A stretch of 64,000 bases of DNA from an uncultured Acidobacteriota bacterium (GTDB lineage Bacteria; Acidobacteriota; Thermoanaerobaculia; Multivoradales; JAHEKO01): the NCBI GenBank assembly GCA_963713825.1, contig CAVQNG010000003.1, positions 64,001 through 128,000 on the forward strand, given 5' to 3'. Below, one piece after another: positions 56,661 to 64,000 of the stretch. Numbering within the stretch: the first letter of the stretch is position 1; each line of letters starts with the position of its first letter. A program made the position numbers and the translations under genes. The notes beneath the pieces were generated by a model, which saw nothing but the letters and a program-made list of their open reading frames with translations, did not search any database and was not told where the DNA came from.

Positions 56661-58679
56661 ATGAGCCCCAAGGCCCAGGCTGAAGTCGACACGACGGCCA
56701 TCAATACCCTTCGCTTTCTCGCCGTGGACATGGTGGAGAAAGCGAACTCCGGACACCCCGGTGCACCCATGGGACAGGCCGCGATGGCCTACTCCCTCTG
56801 GACTCGCCACCTGCGTTTCAGCCCCGGGACTCCAGGCTGGCCGAATCGGGACCGATTCGTTCTTTCCTGCGGCCACGCATCGGCCCTGATCTACTCACTC
56901 CTTCACCTCAGCGGCTTCGATGTTCCTTTGAGCGCACTGCAGGAGTTCCGGCAGTTCGAATCGATCACCCCTGGTCATCCGGAGTACGGTCTGACTCCAG
57001 GCGTGGAAACAACGACCGGGCCTCTCGGTCAGGGACTCGCCAACGGCGTCGGTATGGCCATGGCCGAAGAGATGCTGGCCGCCTACTTCAATCGTGACGG
57101 GTACGACCTTCTCGACTACAACACCTGGATCTTTGCCAGTGATGGAGACCTGATGGAGGGGATCGCTTCCGAGGCCTCTTCGCTCGCTGGGCACCTCGAA
57201 TTGGGCAAACTCATCGTAGCCTGGGATGACAACCGGATCTCGATCGATGGCTCGACATCCCTGACCTTCAGCGAAGATGTGTGCCAGCGCTACGAAGCCT
57301 ACGGCTGGCATGTGCAGAGGGTCGAGGACGGCAACGACCTCGAGGCCCTCGACGCGGCCTACGAAACGGCCCGAGAGGAAGGCAACAGACCCTCCCTGAT
57401 CGCAGTACGCACGCACATCGGCTTCGGCAGCCCCAACAAGCAGGATACTTCGGCCTCTCACGGTGCCCCGCTGGGGGCCGAAGAGGTCGTTGCCACCAAG
57501 AAGGCGTTGGGTTGGCCTCTCGAGCCGACCTTTCATATTCCCGAGAAAGGCCTCGAGCCGTTTCGGAATGCCGCTGAAGGGGGTGCCCTGGAGGAGATGG
57601 CCTGGAGGGAGATGTTCTCGCTCTATGCCGAGGACCATCCGGAGTTGGCGAGTGAGTTCCTGAATCGACTCGCCCGAACGCTGCCCTCGGAATGGACCGA
57701 GAGCCTGTCCACTTTCGGTGTTGGGGACGGCCCCCTCGCTACGCGCAAAGCGTCAGGCAAGGTCCTCAACTCCATTTGTGACGCCATCCCCTACCTGGTG
57801 GGTGGCTCCGCCGACCTCGCCGGTTCCAACAATACCTACCTCCAGGGTCTCAGTGATTTCTCGGCTGGCGAACCCGGCGGCCGAAACCTCCATTTCGGCG
57901 TTCGCGAGCACGCCATGGGTGCCATTCTCAACGGGCTGGCCCTTTCCGGAATGCTAATTCCTTACGGCGGCACGTTTTTGATCTTTTCGGACTACATGCG
58001 GCCTTCGATCCGCCTCGCGGCCCTCATGGGGCTGCCGGTCAAGTATGTCTTCACGCACGACTCGGTCTTCGTGGGAGAGGATGGGCCCACCCATCAGCCG
58101 ATCTCCCAACTGCTGTCGCTGAGGGCCATCCCTGGCCTCACCGTGATCCGGCCCGCTGACGCCAACGAGACAGCGGCTGCTTGGCGGGTGGCCATCGAAC
58201 GCCAAGACGGCCCGACTGCACTTGCTCTGAGCAGACAGAGCTTACCGGTCATCCGGCAGGATCCGGAGAAGGCAATGGAGGGCGTGGCTCGGGGGGCCTA
58301 TGTCGTGGCCGACCCTGACGAAGACGAGCCCCAACTGGTGCTCATTGCCTCAGGTTCAGAGGTGTCCCTGGCTCTCGATGCCCAGGCCTTGCTGGCGGAG
58401 CAGGAGATCGCGGCCCGCGTCGTGAGCTTTCCGTCCTGGGACCTCTTCGACGCCCAGGATCGCGACTACCAGGAGAGCGTCCTACCGCCGGGGATCTCGA
58501 AGCGGCTGGCGATCGAGGCCGGGACGACGCTGGGCTGGGACCGCTATGTCGGCGCCGAGGGAGATGTCATCGGCATCGACAGCTTCGGAGCCTCGGCTCC
58601 CCACCAGGCCGTCGCCGAGCATTTCGGATTGACCCCCGAATCGGTGGTGGAGCGCGCCAAGGCCCTCCTCCTCCGCTAA
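56661..58679 (+). CDS. tkt: Transketolase
   Basis: [52 protein letters not shown]. The real start is MSPKAQ; the ORF-track start overlaps tRNA-Ser. Confidence 0.97.
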   Translation: MSPKAQAEVDTTAINTLRFLAVDMVEKANSGHPGAPMGQAAMAYSLWTRHLRFSPGTPGWPNRDRFVLSCGHASALIYSLLHLSGFDVPLSALQEFRQFESITPGHPEYGLTPGVETTTGPLGQGLANGVGMAMAEEMLAAYFNRDGYDLLDYNTWIFASDGDLMEGIASEASSLAGHLELGKLIVAWDDNRISIDGSTSLTFSEDVCQRYEAYGWHVQRVEDGNDLEALDAAYETAREEGNRPSLIAVRTHIGFGSPNKQDTSASHGAPLGAEEVVATKKALGWPLEPTFHIPEKGLEPFRNAAEGGALEEMAWREMFSLYAEDHPELASEFLNRLARTLPSEWTESLSTFGVGDGPLATRKASGKVLNSICDAIPYLVGGSADLAGSNNTYLQGLSDFSAGEPGGRNLHFGVREHAMGAILNGLALSGMLIPYGGTFLIFSDYMRPSIRLAALMGLPVKYVFTHDSVFVGEDGPTHQPISQLLSLRAIPGLTVIRPADANETAAAWRVAIERQDGPTALALSRQSLPVIRQDPEKAMEGVARGAYVVADPDEDEPQLVLIASGSEVSLALDAQALLAEQEIAARVVSFPSWDLFDAQDRDYQESVLPPGISKRLAIEAGTTLGWDRYVGAEGDVIGIDSFGASAPHQAVAEHFGLTPESVVERAKALLLR

Positions 58680-58691
58680 GCTACCGCCGCT

Positions 58692-60266
58692 ATGGTGAGA
58701 ACTCGCTTCGCTCCGAGCCCGACGGGCTTTCTTCACATCGGTGGTGTGCGCACCGCGTTGTTCAACTGGCTCTTTGCTCGCCACAACGAGGGACACTTCA
58801 TCCTGCGAATCGACGACACCGATGAGCAGCGCAACGTCGCCGAGACCCTGCAGCCGATCCTCTCCGGTCTCCGATGGTTGGGGCTCGATTGGGATGAGGG
58901 CCCCGACGTCGGTGGTGACTATGGTCCCTACTTTCAGTCGCAACGCCGAGAACAGCACCAGGCTGCCGTAGAGAATTTGCTGTCCGGTGGATACGCCTAC
59001 CGGGACTATTCCACCCAGGAGGAGCTCCAGACGGAGCGCGAAACGGCCCAAGCCGAAGGCAAGCGCTTCATCTACAGCCGGCGCTGGATGGCAGAGACCG
59101 CGGAGCAGGCGGAGCGCTTCGAAGCCGAGGGACGCACGGCGGTGGTCCGCCTGAAGATGCCCAGGGAGGGCGTTTGCCGGTTCAGGGATCTGATTCGAGG
59201 CGAGGTGGAGTTCGAGTGGGCCCAGGAACAGGACCATGTCATCCAGCGTGCTGACGGATCCTGCCTCTATCACCTGGCCAGTGTTGCCGATGACGCGGCC
59301 ATGGAGATCTCTCACGTCATCCGGGCCGAAGAGCACCTCTCCAATACGCCTCGACAGATCTTCATCTTCGAGGGCCTCGGTCATGAGCCGCCGGAATTCG
59401 CTCACTTGCCCTTCGTAGCCGAGCCCGGCAGTCGCAACAAGCTCAGCAAGCGCAAGCTCGAGAAGTACCTCAAGAATCCCGACTTCGCCAAGATGCATCA
59501 ACACGGCGTGACGATCGCGGCTGCCATCGGACTCGAAACGGCCGCCGAGACCTTCAACCCGGTCATCGTCGACTTCTACGAAAAGGTCGGCTACCTGCCC
59601 GACGCTCTCGTCAACTATCTACTGCTCCTGGGATGGGCCCTCGACGACCGGACGGAGTTCTTCTCGAGAGAGGAGATGATCGAGCAGTTCACGCTCGAGC
59701 GGGTCAATCGTTCTCCCGCCAGCTTCGACCCCAACAAGCTCCTGGCCTTTCAGGAGCACTACATGCAGGAAATGCCAGTGGCCGAGAAACTACCCTGGGT
59801 CCTGCCTTACCTGGAGGCCGCCGGGTTCCTCCCATCTCCACACATTGATGAACCGTCCGGCTTCGTGACGGAGATGCTGCGGGCAGCCGGAGACCGGATC
59901 AAGGTGGCAGGCGAGAGCCTCGACTACCCCGAGTTCTTCGTCGGCGACGCTGCCTTCCCCTACGATTCAAAGGCCTTCGACAAGCGCTTGAAGAACGCGC
60001 CAGAATCGGTAGCACTTCTGCAGGCCTTCAGAGATCAACTGGCGGCCATCCAACCCTTCGAGGCCGCCACCCTCGAAGAGGCAATGCGCCGTTTCGTGGA
60101 GTCGGAAGGTGTCAAGATCGGACAGATCATCCATACACTGCGGGTGGCAGTCACCGGCAAGGCCGTCGGATTCGGCATGTTCGAGATCCTGGAGATCCTC
60201 GGCCGGGAACGCAGCCTCGCACGCATCGATCGGGCCCTGGCCCGGCTCGACGAAGCTCCTAGTTAG
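58692..60266 (+). CDS. gltX: Glutamate--tRNA ligase
   Basis: RTRFAPSPTG.LHIGG, LRIDDTD, HVIRAEEH, KLSKR, LRVAVTG. Confidence 0.96.
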   Translation: MVRTRFAPSPTGFLHIGGVRTALFNWLFARHNEGHFILRIDDTDEQRNVAETLQPILSGLRWLGLDWDEGPDVGGDYGPYFQSQRREQHQAAVENLLSGGYAYRDYSTQEELQTERETAQAEGKRFIYSRRWMAETAEQAERFEAEGRTAVVRLKMPREGVCRFRDLIRGEVEFEWAQEQDHVIQRADGSCLYHLASVADDAAMEISHVIRAEEHLSNTPRQIFIFEGLGHEPPEFAHLPFVAEPGSRNKLSKRKLEKYLKNPDFAKMHQHGVTIAAAIGLETAAETFNPVIVDFYEKVGYLPDALVNYLLLLGWALDDRTEFFSREEMIEQFTLERVNRSPASFDPNKLLAFQEHYMQEMPVAEKLPWVLPYLEAAGFLPSPHIDEPSGFVTEMLRAAGDRIKVAGESLDYPEFFVGDAAFPYDSKAFDKRLKNAPESVALLQAFRDQLAAIQPFEAATLEEAMRRFVESEGVKIGQIIHTLRVAVTGKAVGFGMFEILEILGRERSLARIDRALARLDEAPS

Positions 60267-60296
60267 ACCCTTTTCGAGAATCGCAGGGAATCAACA

Positions 60297-62036
60297 ATGA
60301 GCAAGCCCACTCCTGAGAACCCAGACGCCGGCCACGAGGCCGAGACTCAGACCGCCAGCAACTTCATCCGTTCGATCATCGATCAGGATGTCGCGGCCGG
60401 CAAGCATGAAGGTCGGGTTCACACCCGCTTTCCCCCCGAGCCCAACGGCTACCTCCATATTGGGCATGCCAAATCGATCTGTCTCAACTTCGGCATCGCC
60501 GCCGACTACGACGGCCTGTGCAACCTCCGATTCGACGATACGAATCCCATCAAGGAGGAGGCCGAGTTCGTCGAATCGATCAAGGAAGACGTCCGGTGGT
60601 TGGGCTTCGATTGGCAGGATCGCGAGTTCTACGCTTCCGACTATTTCGGACAGCTGTACGAGTGGGCCCTCGAGTTGATCCGCAAGGGCAAGGCCTATGT
60701 GGACGATCTGACGGCCGAAGAGATTCGCCAGTATCGAGGCACGCTGACCGAGCCCGGCAAAGAGAGTCCCTATCGAGACCGGTCGGTGGAAGAGAATCTC
60801 GCTCTCTTCGAGTCCATGCGAGCCGGCGAGCTCGCCGACGGATCCAAAGTATTGCGGGCCAAGATCGACATGGCGGCCGGGAATCTCAACATGCGGGACC
60901 CGGTCCTGTACCGCATTCTGCATGCCAGCCACCATCGAACCGGCGACGAGTGGTGCATCTATCCGATGTACGACTTCGCGCACGGTCAGTCCGATTCCAT
61001 CGAGAAGATCACGCACTCCCTGTGCACCCTGGAGTTCGAGGATCATCGACCGCTGTACGACTGGTTCATCCGCGAGCTGGAGATCTTCCCCTCTCGTCAG
61101 ATCGAGTTCGCCCGTCTAAACCTCAGCCAGACCGTCCTGAGTAAGAGAAAGCTCAAGCAGTTGGTCGACGAAGGCCTGGTTTCCGGTTGGGACGATCCAC
61201 GAATGCCCACCATCTCGGGGCTTCGCCGCCGCGGCTACACGCCGGAATCGATCCGCGATTTTGCCGACCGAATCGGCGTTGCCAAGGCCGACAGCACCGT
61301 GGATATGGCCCTACTCGAGCACTGCCTGAGGGTCGACCTCAACAAGCGGGCGCCGCGAGTGATGGCTGTGCTCGACCCCCTCAAGGTCGTGATCGAGAAC
61401 TACCCCGAAGGCGAGTCCGAGCTGTTGGAGGCCGTCAACAACCCCGAGGACCCAGAGGCCGGCAGCCGGCAGATCCCCTTCTCCCGCGAGCTCTGGATCG
61501 AGAAGAACGACTTCCGCGAGGAGGCACCCAAGAAGTACTTCCGGTTGGCTCCGGGCCGGGAGGTCCGCCTGCGCTACGGCTTCTTCATCACCTGCCAAGA
61601 GATCGTCAAGGATGAGACCACCGGCGAGGTCGTCGAGCTGCGATGTACCTACGATCCCGAGACGAGGGGTGGCTATGCTCCGGACGGGCGAAAGGTCCGC
61701 GGCACGATCCACTGGGTCTCGGCACCCGAGTCGGTCGATGCCGAGGTCAGGCTGTACGACCACCTCCTGAAGCCGGTCGAGGAGAGGCCGGCTGGCGAGG
61801 CCAAGGACTTCAAGGCCAGCCTCAATCCCGACTCTCTGCAAGTGCTATCTGGCTGCAAGGTGGAGCCCAGCCTCAAAGGAGCAGCGCCCGAAAGCCGCTT
61901 CCAGTTCGAGCGCCAGGGTTACTTCTGCGTCGACAACCACGACTCGACGCCCGAGCACCTGGTCTTCAACCGGACTGTGACCCTACGAGACACCTGGGCC
62001 AAGATCGAAAAGGCACAGAAGCAGGCCGCCGGGTAG
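60297..62036 (+). CDS. glnS: Glutamine--tRNA ligase
   Basis: [57 protein letters not shown]. Confidence 0.97.
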   Translation: MSKPTPENPDAGHEAETQTASNFIRSIIDQDVAAGKHEGRVHTRFPPEPNGYLHIGHAKSICLNFGIAADYDGLCNLRFDDTNPIKEEAEFVESIKEDVRWLGFDWQDREFYASDYFGQLYEWALELIRKGKAYVDDLTAEEIRQYRGTLTEPGKESPYRDRSVEENLALFESMRAGELADGSKVLRAKIDMAAGNLNMRDPVLYRILHASHHRTGDEWCIYPMYDFAHGQSDSIEKITHSLCTLEFEDHRPLYDWFIRELEIFPSRQIEFARLNLSQTVLSKRKLKQLVDEGLVSGWDDPRMPTISGLRRRGYTPESIRDFADRIGVAKADSTVDMALLEHCLRVDLNKRAPRVMAVLDPLKVVIENYPEGESELLEAVNNPEDPEAGSRQIPFSRELWIEKNDFREEAPKKYFRLAPGREVRLRYGFFITCQEIVKDETTGEVVELRCTYDPETRGGYAPDGRKVRGTIHWVSAPESVDAEVRLYDHLLKPVEERPAGEAKDFKASLNPDSLQVLSGCKVEPSLKGAAPESRFQFERQGYFCVDNHDSTPEHLVFNRTVTLRDTWAKIEKAQKQAAG

Positions 62037-62076
62037 CCCGGCAGGCCTGTGGGGTGAGGCGCCCGGTCGTGCCTCC

Positions 62077-62493
62077 GGCTGGCCTTTGGGAGCTTAGGGG
62101 TCGAGACGGCCGATCGAACCAGGGATCTCCCCCGTCTGCGGCCTCACCCGACCATGCCCCTCCGACGAGGGAGACCCATGGCCCGATCTACCACCTTCGA
62201 GACACATCGAGATTCCGACTGATCAATCACCCCCTACGCCCTTAAGCCCCTACACCCCTAGGCCCCCTTTTGTCTCCATTGGTGCCAGAGGTTCGTTCAG
62301 GTGGTTCGACAGGGGTGCCGAGTCGAGCGCAGCGCAAGGTCCACGAACGAGCACAACAGATGAGGCGCGATGACGAGACAAGGTGGCGGCCCACCCGTCA
62401 TAGTCTGAGTAGCCGACGCCGTCCGCCTGCGAACCACCCGGACGGGCCTCCACGAGAAGAAGGTCTTCTGCCCAGGCCCCAAGCCCCAAGACC
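62077..62493. repeat. ~420-nt palindromic interspersed element, copy 2 (inverted relative to copy 1)
   Basis: Long near-identical blocks with the reverse complement of 9438-9870. Lies between convergent glnS and DUF885 genes. Confidence 0.9.
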
Positions 62494-64000
62494 TCAGTCT
62501 CCTACAAATTCCTCCATCACGGCCTTACGGATCAGGGCAGGGGGCAGGACGCCTTGCGCCAGGATGAAGTCGTGGAAGGCTCGGGCGTCGAACTCGTCGC
62601 CCTGGAGGCGCTCCACGTCAGCGCGCAGCTCCATCAGTCGAGAGTAGCCACAGAAGTACGACGTGGCCTGTCCCGGCTGACTCGAAGGTGTAGCGTTCGA
62701 CCTCCTGCAGAGCCATGGCCTCGGAGAAGACGACTTCCTCCCGCAGGATTCGCATGGCCTCCTCGGATGTCACTTCGCCACTCTGCAATCCCGGATCGAG
62801 AAACGCCCGCGCCGCCCGCAGCAAGCGATGCTGCAGTGAGATGAGCTGTCCTTCGAGTGGCATGTAGGGCTTCATGACCGCTTCCGTGTACAGTGCCCAC
62901 CCTTCCGCATTCGTGCTGTTCAGGGCGAACAGGAGTCGAGCTATGGAGACACCGTTCTCCACCATGCCGGCAAACTGCATCTCGTGTCCAGGACGGCCCT
63001 CGTGGACGGTGAGGGTCCAGGAGGCCGCATCGAAGGTAAAATCGTCCGAGATCAAATCGCCGCCCGCCGAGATGTTCTTCAACGGCACGACAAACTCGCC
63101 CCTCTCCCCGGTGTTTCCCAACATTCGCGGCGGATTCATGTGAGGTGCGGAGCCTGCTGCCGACTCGGCTTCGCTAGCCAGACGGATGATCAGGTCACGC
63201 TCCGGCAGTGCGACCAGATCGCGCTGCCGCACGATCTCTTCGATCTCCTCGATCCTCTGCCGAAACAGCGCGATCGCCTCTTCGCCGCTGACCTGCTCCT
63301 TCTTGAGCTCTCGTATGACATCTCTGTAGTCCGACGACTCCAGGCCCCGGTCCTCGGCGATCAGCCTGGCCAGGACCTGCATCTCGTTCTGGATCTCCAC
63401 GAAGGCCACCTTGGCTCGGCTGACGAGCTCTTCGACTGGCATGTCGACACCACGGTCCTTGAGCTTGAAGGCGTAAAGCTCCGACGGGATGCGGAAATCG
63501 GTTCGGGCCTCTGGTAGGACCTTGGTCTGGAGAAACTCGTCCCACTGTGTGATCTGGGTCTCGAGAGCTTCCATGCCCTCTTCCCAACCCTCCAGGCCGT
63601 ACTGTTCGAAGAGGGGCGCAAGGCCGCCAACGAAGTGACTACTTTTCGCGAGATCACCCTCGAGCTCCTCCTTGACCGGTCTCAAGAGCTCCTCGTCGCC
63701 GAGTCGAGTGGTCAGAAGGGCGATGTGCTGCTCGATCAGCGGTGTGTACCCTTCTTCCAGACCAACGTAGCGATTCAAGCGAACCACAGCGGCCGGCCGC
63801 CGGGAGGGGTCCACCTGCTCGTCGAGCAGAACCCGGATGCCTCGCCAAATGTCCTCCGGAACGGTCTCGTAGCCCACCAGATACTGGTCCTCCAGACGAA
63901 TCTCATCGAGGATGAGGTCGGTTGCATGGAGCAGGATATTCAGGTCCAGACGCACCGCAGGGTCCTGTTCTTTGTCGAGTCGAGCGGTCAGCTCCACCTT
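62494..64000 (-). CDS. DUF885 family protein (5'-truncated by window edge) with a frameshift near 62681
   Basis: HEGRPGHEMQ, EGWALY.E, EVERY. The conserved tail PGQATSY..G...FHDFIL.QG.LP continues in another frame to a TGA at 62494. Confidence 0.82.

Overview
High-GC (~63%) bacterial chromosome segment; gene content and a C-terminal 'FxDxxExGDTxxWS'-type tail suggest an Acidobacteriota (Thermoanaerobaculia-like) genome, which is inference only. The left part (1-15.4 kb) and right part (55-64 kb) are mostly housekeeping: topA(3' end)-trmFO-xerC-hslVU-dapF-tyrS, gltA, acnA; then tRNA-Gln, USP, tRNA-Ser, tkt, gltX, glnS and a frameshifted DUF885 gene. The middle is an accessory patchwork: a PIG-L deacetylase/ABC/MFS/sulfatase operon, a Mo-oxidoreductase with a fused FeS-anchor subunit, tandem tRNA-Glu 3'-end repeats, a c-di-GMP-I-like riboswitch ahead of a ferredoxin-nitroreductase, C30 carotenoid genes, DsbA/DsbB, an octaheme HAO-like cytochrome and several decayed genes. 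The best candidate for an undescribed system is 48466-54815. A divergent KamA-type radical-SAM 2,3-aminomutase, apparently with Arg where lysine aminomutase has its lysine-binding Asp, lies head-to-head with an RpiR regulator, PcaIJ-type CoA-transferase, PcaF-type thiolase and a beta-amino-acid transaminase. This suggests catabolism of an acidic alpha-amino acid (2-aminoadipate or glutamate) via the beta-amino acid and 3-oxoacid. A second candidate is a ~430-nt palindromic non-coding element present twice (about 9.4-9.9 kb and 62.0-62.5 kb). All family assignments come from motif recognition by eye; no database searches were run.
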